Of a stretch of DNA of 64,000 nt, positions 18,756 through 29,331 are shown in pieces. The notes beneath the pieces were generated by a model that ran no database searches, was not told the origin of the DNA, and was given only the letters and a program-made list of their open reading frames with translations. This DNA is from a virus, in the IMG/VR virus record IMGVR_UViG_3300000553_000009, positions 62,316-126,315 of that record, one strand, 5' to 3'. Made by a program: the position numbers and the translations under genes. Within the stretch, counting starts at the first letter, position 1. Every line of letters begins with the position of its first letter.

Positions 18756-19631
18756 TTAATTCCCTTCAATTTCCTTAGACTGTTTACGTTTAATATTATT
18801 CTGTTTCATTTTCTCTTTAGATTCTAAGGAATGTTTCCTTCCAAGTCCCGCCTGTCTTAACTTTTCCTTATGTTCTTCGGAAAGTTTTCTCCCCGTTTTT
18901 GCAAAACTCATATTTTGTTTTGCTTTCTCCGATTTAGGTTTTCTCATTTTTTCTTTGGCTTCTTCGGAATGTGTTCTCCCAAGATTAACTTGTCTAAATT
19001 TTTCCTTGGTTTCCTCTGATTTAGGTTTTCTCATTTTTTGCTTCGCCTCTTCAGAATGTTTTTTCCCTAATCTGCTTAGACTCATTTTTTCTTTGGTTTC
19101 TTGAGAATGCTTTCTCCCCAATCCAGTAGATTTTCCTAATCTAACCCGACTCATTTTTTCTTTAGTTTCCTTAGAAGCAGTTTTTCCTAGTTTGGCTTGT
19201 CTATATTTTTGTTTTATTTCCTCTGATGGTATCTTCCCTCTATTAGAATCTCCTATTTTTCTTTTTGTTTCTTCGGAGACGGGCATTCCAGTTCTATCAG
19301 TGGAAAACTTACATATATTATATCCTATATCTATATTAGTGGAATCAAACAATTCAATATAATGGGATTCTCTTTCTAATAAGAAAGTATTATCTTTTAA
19401 TTTATCAAAATTATCAATTATTTCCAAAATTTCGACGGAAAACGATTTCCATCTATGTTTAATCAAGGCATATTGAAGATATGATAATCTTTTATTACCC
19501 TGTTTAACATTTCTATAATGATAGAGTCTTTTTCTAATATTAATTGATTTTCCAATATATATTTTTCCATTATTAATACAAGTTAGTTTGTAGACCCCGG
19601 CGACATTTGGATATTCTGGATGAGTTCCCAT
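18756..19631 (-). mobile_element. Free-standing GIY-YIG/NUMOD3 homing endonuclease
   Basis: GVYKLTC...KIYIGKS, ERESHYI, HSEE/HSQE repeats; TAAATA-N5-ATG. Confidence 0.9.
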
Positions 19632-19639
19632 CCATATAT

Positions 19640-19996
19640 TTAATCAACCAGATCATTTATGGAAATAACTTTAGGATTCTTAGCCGCTGGTTGAGCCAAT
19701 TCAGGAGGAGTATTAATTCTTCCATATTGAGCAATCATATCAGCATTTAGTTCCACATTTGAAATTACAATATTGGCCTTATTATAAACCCATGTATTGT
19801 TTTCTCTCTTCGCCTTATCAATAAGTTCAAAGAAAAACAAAGGGAAAGTTTGAATTCCCAATTGTCCATTATCTTGAAGTTGAACATAAAGGATTACTGG
19901 ATTATATAGAGAAAGAGTTGTATCTGTCTCGTCTTCCAGAGTTCCAATAATAGTTCTTCCTACTTGGTCTGCTATTACTACGTATATTGGTTGCAT
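19640..19996 (-). CDS. Hypothetical beta-rich protein (possibly Sm-like fold)
   Basis: 118-aa ORF, GRTIIG...LYNPV pattern; fold call is a guess. Confidence 0.6.
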   Translation of the reverse strand: MQPIYVVIADQVGRTIIGTLEDETDTTLSLYNPVILYVQLQDNGQLGIQTFPLFFFELIDKAKRENNTWVYNKANIVISNVELNADMIAQYGRINTPPELAQPAAKNPKVISINDLVD

Positions 19997-20001
19997 ATGT
20001 C

Positions 20002-20496
20002 TTAATTTATCACGATTTCTTTGTTTGTCAAGAGGTCTTGCTTCTCTTTTAAAATATTTGCAAAAGCTTTTCCGACATTATTTTTCTTCTTTGCGAGAGC
20101 TTTGAAATGGTTCATTAAAGATTCAAAGGTTTGTAAAACCGTAGTCACTCTACACGGCAATGCAGTACTTAATATGTAGGGTCGATCCGATATAATAGCT
20201 TCGAACATATCAGTTATATCTTGTGTGGACCACTCTGGAACTTTTACTCTTATATCATCATATTCAAATTCAGACTGTTCAACATTTTTACTTGTCCCTA
20301 CTAATATCTGAATCAGTTGTTGTCTAAGTTCCTCCATTTTTGGATTTTGAAACTTTAAGGAATCATTTCCATTCAATAGTTCAGTGAAATTTTGAAACAC
20401 TGCGTTTTCTGCGGCATCTAAGCCCTTAACATAAGCATCATTTATAGTCATAATTTTAATTAAAAAAGTCTTCCAATTCAACTCGAACATTTTCAT
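20002..20496 (-). CDS. Hypothetical protein
   Basis: 164-aa ORF directly downstream of gp43. Confidence 0.6.
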   Translation of the reverse strand: MKMFELNWKTFLIKIMTINDAYVKGLDAAENAVFQNFTELLNGNDSLKFQNPKMEELRQQLIQILVGTSKNVEQSEFEYDDIRVKVPEWSTQDITDMFEAIISDRPYILSTALPCRVTTVLQTFESLMNHFKALAKKKNNVGKAFANILKEKQDLLTNKEIVIN

Positions 20497-23035
20497 TCGG
20501 CTTTCTAAGTTTCCAATTTACTGCTTCATAAAATCTTTCAATTGAAGAATAGAGAATTTTTAGGAACATTTTATCGTAATCAATATCAAATTCTTTCTCA
20601 AACTCTTCAGGATATTTAGATTTGAACCCAATAATGTCAATACCGTACTTATTCGGGGTCTTCAAATATACAGATTTTACTTTATCCCCTGATTTAAAGA
20701 TATCGTATTTTGAAGTTAGCCCCAATTTATCTACTAATAAATCATGATAATATGCAGCTTTAACGTGAGATGGCATACCTTTTACAGTATCAAATCCTTT
20801 ACATTGTTTACAATATTTTTCGTAATTATTGATTCCACTATTTTTATAAATTGCATCCACCCCTAACCCTTGAAAAATCTCATATGCTTCATTAAACATC
20901 TTATTTGTCGTTGCCAAGGATTTATTCATTATCATTGATTCAATAATACCCTTAACATAAGGTTTAATGGCTTTTGGCATAGTACTTTTAACTACATCAA
21001 CTCCTTTATACTTGAATTTATTAACAGGAGTTCCCTCATCGTCTAATATATGTAAAACATAATACTTTTTACCGAGAAATATTCCAGAATCACAAATAGC
21101 TTCTCTCTTAAAGACAAATCTTGGATCGGTGGATAATAATGCTTTCTTGGCCCATGCATTACATCCATCATTAATATGCTTTTCAAGTTTATTACAGATA
21201 TCGAAAAAAACCTGTGAAATATTTCCCAATTCGTCTTTTAAAAAAGTATTATATTTTTCCAATAACTTTAATGATATATAAACGCTGTCCGTATCGTTAT
21301 ATATAATATGTGCCTCTGCTTTATCATATAAATCTGGATAATTTATATCTATAAAGCTTAAAAATAATTCATTACTCTTTTTAATAACTGCTTGTCCAGT
21401 TTCCGTTACGGAAGATCCAATATCATTATCACCCAATGGAGCATATTGACTGGCACAATATCCATAAGTTGAATTAAGAGTAATCTTATAGGCGTGTTGA
21501 ACCGTGTCATATCGTTGAATATCTGCTTGTCTTTTAACTATCTCTTCTTTAGTTAAATTTGGCTTGTCTTGTTGTAAAGCTATTTTACGTTCAAACATCT
21601 TAGACTTCATATCCTTTCGTTTTGAATATAAAAAGTCCAAGAATTCTGGCATAATTCCTTTCTTTTTCTGAGAAAATAAAATATTTGATTTAGATAAACA
21701 TGCTTTTTCAGATGTTAGAAACTCTACAAATGATTCTTTTGATAATTTAAATAATTTTCCAGACACATGATAGATATGATATTCATCATCTACCTTTTCC
21801 AATCTTCCAATTTTTGTTTCTGGGGAAAGATTCAATGAAATCATAACACTTGGATATAGAGAATTGGCATCGAAACTAACCACACTCTCACAAAATCCCA
21901 ATTTGGGATCTGCTACATATCCCCCAACAATAGTCTCAGATGATTTTGGTCTGATAAAAGTAGGAATTTTTTCATTTCTATTTCTAGCTTGAATTGCCAC
22001 TGCACCATTCACAACTGGAACAGTTTTGATAGCATTCTCCATATTACACAATCCTAGATGAGAAATGAATCTAACCAGATTAATATATTTGAGTTTTTCA
22101 TCAAGTTCCACCAGAAGTTCCACATCAATGTAATTATAATTAACAAAATTATTCCAATCATTTTGAGCCAATTCCGACAACGACCCATCATAACTTAATT
22201 TATTTTTTCCCAATTCAATCTCCCCGACATAATCTAATTTATAAGATTCCAAGGGAACCAAGGCAAATTTTTTATACATTACATAATAATCAAGACAAGA
22301 AATACCTTCAATCACATATTCCTTTGAGGGCATTCCAAATTTTCCTTCTTGGTTGATCTTTTCATAGATTCTGCCAATTGGAGATAATTCATTTACCCAC
22401 CCTTCTTCCAATACGTTATTGATTCTATTGATTAGGTAAGGAATATCGAATCCGGCTGAATTATAACCGCATAATACATCAGGAAAATCAGAAGAAAAAT
22501 GACCAATAAATTTTTTCAAAAGATCTTCTTCTGATTTACAATGATAATATTTGATATTAGGCTTATCTGAAATGTAAGGCTTCAATCCAAACTGGGTGTA
22601 TATCTTGCTGACAGAATCGTATGCCGTAATCAAATTAATAACATTCTCTGCTAATTCCGGCTCGGGAAATTTTGCTCCCACCGCCCCAGGACATTCCAAG
22701 TCAAAAAACATTACTTTCAATGGATATTGAGCAAAATCGTCATCTCCACAACAATGATAATAATTATCAATTAAAAATTGTTGATATGGAGGAAGATTTT
22801 CGAAGATTCTCTTAATTCCTGAATCTTTTACAAACTTACTTCGATCCCACTGCGTATTAAATTCTCGTATTTTTAATGAGGTTCCAAAAATAGAAGTTTC
22901 GGTTCCTTTTTTATCTTCTAAATAGATATAAGGATTATAGTCTAACTCTTGATGGGTTCTATTGCCAGAACTATCCCACCCCCAAAGATGAATTGCTTTG
23001 TCTTTATTTGAATACACACAGTTTCTATAACTCAT
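20456..23035 (-). CDS. gp43: Family B DNA polymerase (T4 gp43-like), uninterrupted
   Basis: Exo motifs FDLE, GYNSAGFDIPY, YNYIDV; polymerase motifs FDANSLYPS, KITLNSTYG, YNDTDS, KKYY. Confidence 0.97.
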   Translation of the reverse strand: MSYRNCVYSNKDKAIHLWGWDSSGNRTHQELDYNPYIYLEDKKGTETSIFGTSLKIREFNTQWDRSKFVKDSGIKRIFENLPPYQQFLIDNYYHCCGDDDFAQYPLKVMFFDLECPGAVGAKFPEPELAENVINLITAYDSVSKIYTQFGLKPYISDKPNIKYYHCKSEEDLLKKFIGHFSSDFPDVLCGYNSAGFDIPYLINRINNVLEEGWVNELSPIGRIYEKINQEGKFGMPSKEYVIEGISCLDYYVMYKKFALVPLESYKLDYVGEIELGKNKLSYDGSLSELAQNDWNNFVNYNYIDVELLVELDEKLKYINLVRFISHLGLCNMENAIKTVPVVNGAVAIQARNRNEKIPTFIRPKSSETIVGGYVADPKLGFCESVVSFDANSLYPSVMISLNLSPETKIGRLEKVDDEYHIYHVSGKLFKLSKESFVEFLTSEKACLSKSNILFSQKKKGIMPEFLDFLYSKRKDMKSKMFERKIALQQDKPNLTKEEIVKRQADIQRYDTVQHAYKITLNSTYGYCASQYAPLGDNDIGSSVTETGQAVIKKSNELFLSFIDINYPDLYDKAEAHIIYNDTDSVYISLKLLEKYNTFLKDELGNISQVFFDICNKLEKHINDGCNAWAKKALLSTDPRFVFKREAICDSGIFLGKKYYVLHILDDEGTPVNKFKYKGVDVVKSTMPKAIKPYVKGIIESMIMNKSLATTNKMFNEAYEIFQGLGVDAIYKNSGINNYEKYCKQCKGFDTVKGMPSHVKAAYYHDLLVDKLGLTSKYDIFKSGDKVKSVYLKTPNKYGIDIIGFKSKYPEEFEKEFDIDYDKMFLKILYSSIERFYEAVNWKLRKPNENVRVELEDFFN

Positions 23036-23041
23036 TGAGTG

Positions 23042-23069
23042 AGTTTAGCCGATTTTTCGAGAAAATCAA
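23042..23069 (-). promoter_or_regulatory. Sigma70-type promoter of gp43
   Basis: TTGATT-N16-TAAACT, 6 nt before the ATG. Confidence 0.5.
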
Positions 23070-23073
23070 GTCC

Positions 23074-24264
23074 TCAATTCCACTTTTTCAGATATTTTCG
23101 CTCAGGGGAATTGAATGGAGTATCAATCGCCTCTAAAAAGCACCCAACATTATGAGGATGCTCAAGGAATCTGGTCGCTCCTACGTCTCTCAGAGCTTGT
23201 GGTAACTGATAATATTTGGTTCTATTTTTCCAATTGAGAATTTTATCCACTTTATGTTCAAGTTCTGCCGCGTCTTTAAACCTTAAAAAATCGGGAGCAT
23301 TCTTATAAGTTTCCATATCTTGACACAGGCAAGGAATACCCAGTTGGGCAGCTTCAATAAATTTAATGTCAGACTTACTTCTATTGAATGGGTTGTCCAT
23401 CAAAGGGGCTAAAAATAATTGAGCATTTAAAGAAGATAAAAATGTAGGATATTCCATCAGATTTTTCCAAGGATGAAACTCAATCTGTTTGGATAAAATG
23501 AAAGGATGAAGAGGAGGAGGAAATGCGCCAATAAAAACAAATTGATATTTGCCCACGTTATCAATAATGAACTTAAGAACATGGCTAAAGTCGTCCTGTT
23601 GACCATTCTGGTTCTTCATATCAAAGTGAGCACCTGAACCCGCATAAACAATCCGGGGCTTCTTTTTATTCTTATCGTAAGCCTCAATAATTCTACGATA
23701 ATTATATTGGTGACCTATCCACCAATAAGGCATGAAATTAGGAACAACTGTAATTTTTTGTTGTCCGGTTTTTTCCATATAAAGATTTTTCATATATTCA
23801 CAGGTGACTGTAACATCATCTGCCATATTAATCATATCAACACAATTCTGACGAATCATATCACAATCAAATCCATGTTTTGAAGCATTATAATCGGGTA
23901 TTTCTTCCTTAAAAACAACATCATCAACTTCATAAATCAATTTAAATCCGCATTCTGGTTGAATTGCCTTTAAAAATTCAAAAAATTGTTTTTGATGGGG
24001 GGCCGCTTGCCTTTGAAGAGTAATTGATTTGATTCCTGTATAGAATCCCTTATCTCCTACCATTTTAGTAAGATCAGCAACATCACCATATCCAGTCATT
24101 CTGATATGATTGGATAAAAATCCTCTTCTATAAAAAAAACACCCATCCATACCAGCAGCAAAGTTAATGTAGCGATTTCCTACCGGCTCTGGAGTAGAGA
24201 CTACACTTGTTTTTGAAATATATGGGGATTTTGGAAAGGGGGGAGAAAATGGAGGTATCAACAT
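23074..24264 (-). CDS. GT-B fold (GT4-like) glycosyltransferase
   Basis: YEVDD, VTVTCEY, VVPNF, IVYAG, LAPL.DN.FNRSKSDIKFIEAA..GIP motifs. Confidence 0.8.
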   Translation of the reverse strand: MLIPPFSPPFPKSPYISKTSVVSTPEPVGNRYINFAAGMDGCFFYRRGFLSNHIRMTGYGDVADLTKMVGDKGFYTGIKSITLQRQAAPHQKQFFEFLKAIQPECGFKLIYEVDDVVFKEEIPDYNASKHGFDCDMIRQNCVDMINMADDVTVTCEYMKNLYMEKTGQQKITVVPNFMPYWWIGHQYNYRRIIEAYDKNKKKPRIVYAGSGAHFDMKNQNGQQDDFSHVLKFIIDNVGKYQFVFIGAFPPPLHPFILSKQIEFHPWKNLMEYPTFLSSLNAQLFLAPLMDNPFNRSKSDIKFIEAAQLGIPCLCQDMETYKNAPDFLRFKDAAELEHKVDKILNWKNRTKYYQLPQALRDVGATRFLEHPHNVGCFLEAIDTPFNSPERKYLKKWN

Positions 24265-24272
24265 ATCTATAA

Positions 24273-25373
24273 TTACTCATCCATAATATAAAAGTCAAGT
24301 AGATATCCAGAATTAATAACCGATTGTTTTTTGAGAAGATTTTTTTCTAATTCTTTTTCGTAAGTCCACTTAGATTTCACTTCAATAATTCTATTATCTT
24401 TAGGAATAAAAATATCAGGATAATATACTTTAGTCTTACCGTTTAAAATATATCTAAAGGTCGGTACTTCATCTCTTCCTATTTTAATATCTTCTATAAG
24501 ATATCCTTCGGATAATAATTTATATATTCCTCGCAATTCATATCCCTGATATATAATTTCTATACCATCAATAATAGAAGTTTTGAACCGTAATCCTGAG
24601 TCCTGATTTTTAGTAAAATATTTTTTAACTTGCATAGGATTACGAACACCATATTTTTCTTCAAATTTATCACTTTGCCAATCTCTATAATTTTCCCAAC
24701 TTCCATAATTTTTAAATATGGAAGTTGCAGACATTTCTTTATTTTTACTAGTATTAGCCGCCTCTTTTTGACCTCTAATATGTATTTTCTGTTCATCTAA
24801 TATTCTAAAAATAACACAAGAATCATATTTTAATAATTTAGAAATATATTTTGCCCCATACCCTTCGGCGTATAAAGAGCAAATACGGTCAACTTCATCC
24901 TCAGAAACATTGCGCTGGACTTGCGTTTTTTGTTTTTCATATCGTCTTTCTATATTTCTAGCCTCTTTAGGAGTTCTAATATGAATACCGTTTCTCTTAA
25001 GCCAGGTACTAATAGTCATACTCTGAACACCAAATAAATCACATATTTCTGATGTTCCGTATCCCTCATCTACGTATAATTTTCTAATTTCCTCATCTTT
25101 TCCCAATAATTTGGGATGGGTGAACTTAAAATCTCCAAATTTAGAATTATTCTCAACCCTAAATTTTCCCATAGTGGATCTAGCTTGATCCAAGGTTCTA
25201 GTATTTAACCTATTGGCTCTAAACCATTTAGTTATAGTATCACAGGAGCACTTATATCTGTCCGCAATATATAAAATGGGAGCACCCTGAACATAATATA
25301 GATCAATAATTTCCTTTTCTTTACCGATTAAATTTTTATGATTAAATAGTTTAACAATAGTAATAGCATCCAT
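24273..25373 (-). mobile_element. Free-standing endonuclease with tandem HTH-like repeats and a PD-(D/E)xK domain
   Basis: Three I..LY..G....I...(Y/F) repeats, EEKYGVRNP motif, C-terminal YYPDIFIP...IIEVKS; TAAATA-N5-ATG. Confidence 0.75.
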
Positions 25374-25403
25374 ATTATTATTTATGGTTACGCTTACTAT
25401 TTT

Positions 25404-27221
25404 TCAAATAATTCTTCTAGTTATTCCATTTTCTTTCTCTAAATTAACAATCTCCCCATCAATATGCTTCAAAGTCTCTTTTCTATGAGAAATTGTATAA
25501 CAAGACATACTATTAGCTTCAATTCTTTCCTTAATTACTTCAATTAGAAGATCAACTCCTCTTTCATCAAAAGCTGAATCTAGAATCTCGTCTAAAAATT
25601 CGACATTAGAAGATATTCCTGAAATTTTTCTCTTAATATCCTTAAAGGCCCACGCGCACGCAATGTCAACCGTTCTTCTTTCCCCGCCCGAGAAGTTCCA
25701 ATACGAGATATTTTTACCCTTCTCATTGGTAATCTGTTCCTCAAAATATTCATCGAACTTACATCTCATGGTCATTCCCAACTTCGTTATATATTTTTGA
25801 ATGGACCTGTTGAGCATATCTAAAAGCCTCTTGATAATGAATGACTTAACTCCTTCTTCTCCAAGAATAAACTTACAAGTTTCGTAATCTTCCGTTTTTT
25901 GTTTAAAAGTCGAATAATTTAATTCCTCTTCTTCTTTTCTTTTTTCAGTTTCTTGGATATATTCTTCCATAGAAGTCAAATTATCTTCTACTAAACCAAT
26001 ATCTTGATCAATATCCGCCAATTGTCTCTTGAAATCCTTCAAACTTATTTCAAGGTCTATCAATTTTTTACAATTAAATATGTTATTTTGTAATTCTGTA
26101 TTGGTAAGAATCAATTTTGTGGAGATTTTTTCTCTACTATCACTCAAAGAATTCATATCAATCTCAATGAGACAGATTTTAGTATGAATCTCTCCCATTT
26201 CTTCTGTTAGAGTTCTTCGCAATTCTGATAAGTGGGCCACATGATCACCAGTTATCAATTGTAGGCATTCAGGACAAACGACTCCACTACTAGGTCTTAA
26301 AGTATTATCTTGTTCTTTTTTCTTTAGAGAATATTCTGCTTTTCGAATAGATAAATCCGTGGATAAAGAAGAAAGTCTTTTATTTATTTTATCAATTGCA
26401 CTACTAAGCTTTTCCTTTTCTTCTTCTAACGTAGTTCCATTATCAATTATTAATTCTTTTAAATTGATAAAATCTTCTTCCGTTTTTAAAATTTTATTAT
26501 TTAAATCAGATTTTCGATTATTTAAAATCTCTGATCTTTCTTCTGATTGTTTTTTGTGAAGATCGTATTGCTTTCTTTGAGAAGTTATACTATTTTCAAT
26601 TTCTTCCTTCTTGGCTACGGATATTGAAAGATCGGATTTATTATCCTTAATATTCTCCTTTAATTCTTTGAGCATCTTGCCAAATATCTCCAATGAGAAA
26701 ATATCTTCAATAAATTTCCTTTTCTCCTCTGGTTTCTTCGCCATGAAAGGAATATTATCACTCAAAGATAAAATATCGCAACTTTTACAGATAGTAGGAT
26801 TCGATCCAATCAATTCACAAATATATTTGTTAGTATTCGTAATAGAATCCTTTGAAATATCTTCATCAATATCTCCAAGCTTGATCAATTTAACTGTCGA
26901 GGGCTTTAAAGTTCTTTCAATTCTATATGAATTAGTGGAAGAATCTGTTTGAACCTTAAATGTTAGTTGAATTTTACCCTCTCCTCTTGTTATATTGTTG
27001 AGACAAAATTCTTTTTTAATGTCTCGAATAGTAGTCCCAAATAAAGCATAATAATATGCCTCAATAACACTGGACTTTCCTGATCCATTGGCTCGTTCGG
27101 GACTATCTATATTTTTACCCACTATAAGATTAAATCCATCCTGAAAATCAATGGAGATAGTTTCATTTCCAACACTAAGGAAATTTTGAGTAGTTAATTT
27201 TTCAAATGTGATTTTTTTCAT
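25404..27221 (-). CDS. gp46: Recombination ATPase subunit (gp46/SbcC/Rad50)
   Basis: NGSGKS Walker A, coiled coil with CPEC hook, FSGGE signature, FLDE, ISH. Confidence 0.95.
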   Translation of the reverse strand: MKKITFEKLTTQNFLSVGNETISIDFQDGFNLIVGKNIDSPERANGSGKSSVIEAYYYALFGTTIRDIKKEFCLNNITRGEGKIQLTFKVQTDSSTNSYRIERTLKPSTVKLIKLGDIDEDISKDSITNTNKYICELIGSNPTICKSCDILSLSDNIPFMAKKPEEKRKFIEDIFSLEIFGKMLKELKENIKDNKSDLSISVAKKEEIENSITSQRKQYDLHKKQSEERSEILNNRKSDLNNKILKTEEDFINLKELIIDNGTTLEEEKEKLSSAIDKINKRLSSLSTDLSIRKAEYSLKKKEQDNTLRPSSGVVCPECLQLITGDHVAHLSELRRTLTEEMGEIHTKICLIEIDMNSLSDSREKISTKLILTNTELQNNIFNCKKLIDLEISLKDFKRQLADIDQDIGLVEDNLTSMEEYIQETEKRKEEEELNYSTFKQKTEDYETCKFILGEEGVKSFIIKRLLDMLNRSIQKYITKLGMTMRCKFDEYFEEQITNEKGKNISYWNFSGGERRTVDIACAWAFKDIKRKISGISSNVEFLDEILDSAFDERGVDLLIEVIKERIEANSMSCYTISHRKETLKHIDGEIVNLEKENGITRRII

Positions 27222-27264
27222 TAGTATCCTTGACTTACTTTTATATAATGTGCCTCTTCTTCAA

Positions 27265-28317
27265 TTATCTATTCAGCAAAAGCAGTTCTTTTATTATTTT
27301 ATCCACACGCTTCTGTTTTTCTTCTTCAAGCTTCAATTGTTCAATATACTCATCAAACTGATCAGCTAAATCAATAGAATCTATCTCAACTTCTTCTAAT
27401 GTCTTTTGAACTACATTATATTCAGTATTAAATTGAAATGGTTTGAATTTTGAGATATACGTCTGTATTTTCTCAACTTGTTTATCAGTCATTTCAATAT
27501 CTATAATTAATTTGATGATATTATTTTCGATATCATCTTTTTTATAGGTCTTAATATTCGAAACAAAGAGTTTTTTAAATCTAGGAGAAATATCGTTCTC
27601 GAAAAATTGCAAATCAGCAGTTTCCAAATCCAAAATATAATATCCTTTCAGATTATCTACATCTGAAAAATCCATCGGAAAGGTATTACCAATGTAATTT
27701 ATTACTCCCTCATTATATTGTTTGGCATTTCTATGATGAAAATGTCCAGAGAATACAGTATCGGTCTTTGACAAGAGATCTAAAGCGGATAGACCATGAT
27801 CACAAATCTTGAAATTATTCATTTTGAATGATTTGATTTCAAAATGACCAAAAATATAATCGAATTTTTCATCTGGAAGTTCATTATTCCAAGGAACAAA
27901 TAGTAATCTATTATCAAATGCATCAACTACATAATTTTTATCAACAATAGTAATATTTTGATGTCCACTTAATAGTCCTAAGCTATGAATATCACTTCGA
28001 TTCTTATAGAAGGCATCGTGATTTCCAATAACCATCAAAATATTAAAGTCTTTTAAAATATCAAAGATCTTTGATGCTACATGCATTGTCTGCACGCTTA
28101 TCTCCGATCTATTGTGAAAGAAATCACCTAAAAAGAAAATATCCTTTATTTCATGAAAATTTAATTCAGCGACAATCCATTCAGCCCAATCCAAGGCAAT
28201 CTTAAGCCAAGCTTCCGAATTTCCATATATTCCCAAATGTAAATCTGAGAATAACGCTACTTTAGGATTTAAGATTTTCATATCCTTGATTGTATTTTTC
28301 CCCATCCATGATTCCAT
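27265..28317 (-). CDS. gp47: Recombination nuclease subunit (gp47/SbcD/Mre11)
   Basis: SDLHLG, LGDFFH, GNHD, GHFE, SGHFH metallophosphoesterase motifs. Confidence 0.95.
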   Translation of the reverse strand: MESWMGKNTIKDMKILNPKVALFSDLHLGIYGNSEAWLKIALDWAEWIVAELNFHEIKDIFFLGDFFHNRSEISVQTMHVASKIFDILKDFNILMVIGNHDAFYKNRSDIHSLGLLSGHQNITIVDKNYVVDAFDNRLLFVPWNNELPDEKFDYIFGHFEIKSFKMNNFKICDHGLSALDLLSKTDTVFSGHFHHRNAKQYNEGVINYIGNTFPMDFSDVDNLKGYYILDLETADLQFFENDISPRFKKLFVSNIKTYKKDDIENNIIKLIIDIEMTDKQVEKIQTYISKFKPFQFNTEYNVVQKTLEEVEIDSIDLADQFDEYIEQLKLEEEKQKRVDKIIKELLLLNR

Positions 28318-28555
28318 TCTTATAAAAGAATCCTGCCGCCGTAATGGATATTCCGAAATCCATGCAAATATCTAACACAACCCATCGAGGGGCATCCGTT
28401 TTTGCTTCTCGCATCATTGGAACGTGTCCAGTTTTATACTGTCGATAATAAATTAACTCGTAACCACGCTTATCTAATTCTTCAAATAATATACCTTCCA
28501 TAATATCGTGTTCATTTTCGGTTAAACTCAAAGTAAAGTAAAAAACATCTTTCAT
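28262..28555 (-). CDS. Hypothetical protein
   Basis: Start reassigned to ATG 28555 (MKDVFY...), ATGA overlap with the small membrane gene. Confidence 0.55.
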   Translation of the reverse strand: MKDVFYFTLSLTENEHDIMEGILFEELDKRGYELIYYRQYKTGHVPMMREAKTDAPRWVVLDICMDFGISITAAGFFYKNGIMDGEKYNQGYENLKS

Positions 28556-28707
28556 GTCTTCTTTTCTGCTAAAATTAGGCCCACATTTGCCATCGAATAT
28601 GCGAACCACACCAATGCCCAAGCGTACTGGCCTTTTAGGAAGTATGACACGCCAACTGAAAAATACAAGATCGCCGATATTGAAATTACGATTTGTTCAA
28701 AATTCAC
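28552..28707 (-). CDS. Small two-helix membrane protein (51 aa, not in the ORF track)
   Basis: GTG 28707: MNFEQIVISISAILYFSVGVSYFLKGQYAWALVWFAYSMANVGLILAEKKT. Confidence 0.6.
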   Translation of the reverse strand: MNFEQIVISISAILYFSVGVSYFLKGQYAWALVWFAYSMANVGLILAEKKT

Positions 28708-28879
28708 TTTTCGAGGAAAATTTAATTTCAATATTTTCGGCGGGAACAGGCACGGATAAATTGGCTTCTACGTCCCAACCATCCTTAGTTCTAGTAATAA
28801 TTATTTGTTGAATATCATGATCTCTCTTGGTTGAAAGATCCAATAAGAAGGTCAATCGTTTAAGAAGTTCTTCATTCAT
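28697..28879 (-). CDS. Small hypothetical protein
   Basis: Inner start MNEELLKRLTFLL overlaps the gp55 stop. Confidence 0.5.
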   Translation of the reverse strand: MNEELLKRLTFLLDLSTKRDHDIQQIIITRTKDGWDVEANLSVPVPAENIEIKFSSKSEF

Positions 28880-29327
28880 CACAACCTCCGTCCTCATAAT
28901 CATGTTCAAGCATTGGGCGCACATACACTGCTCCATGAGAGGAATCATTCATTTCCTCTTCATACATCATTTGTTTATATTCCTGAAGCCCCTCATGTTG
29001 TTTCTTTTCCTTTTTGATCCTATTGGAAAATGCATTCCAAGCAATCTTATTGAAATATGAAAATGGATTGAATTCCGATTCAAGTTTAAATTTCTTGGAT
29101 TCCAATGCCGCGTACATTTTTACGATAGCATCACCCACCATTTCTTCTTTCCAACTGGGAGTGTAAGAAAGGAATCTCCAATTATAGCTAAGTCCCTCTG
29201 CTATTTTCACGACATTTTCCGCTAAGATATTTATCATCTTATTATTTTCATAATAATCATTCAATTGTTCTCGAAATAACTTCGAGGATACATAATACTT
29301 TTCCTTTATTTCCTTGTTGGTAATCAT
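28872..29327 (-). CDS. gp55: Late-transcription sigma factor (T4 gp55-like)
   Basis: YVS...IAEGLSY...F.SY...EEMVGDA...NPFSYF.KIAWNAF..RIKKEKKQ, typical of gp55. Confidence 0.92.
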   Translation of the reverse strand: MITNKEIKEKYYVSSKLFREQLNDYYENNKMINILAENVVKIAEGLSYNWRFLSYTPSWKEEMVGDAIVKMYAALESKKFKLESEFNPFSYFNKIAWNAFSNRIKKEKKQHEGLQEYKQMMYEEEMNDSSHGAVYVRPMLEHDYEDGGCDE

Positions 29328-29331
29328 AAAT

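Noticed and set aside
20456-23035. Intein or intron in gp43, gp41 or gp46
   Set aside because: Lengths and motif spacing are normal, with no Hint motifs.
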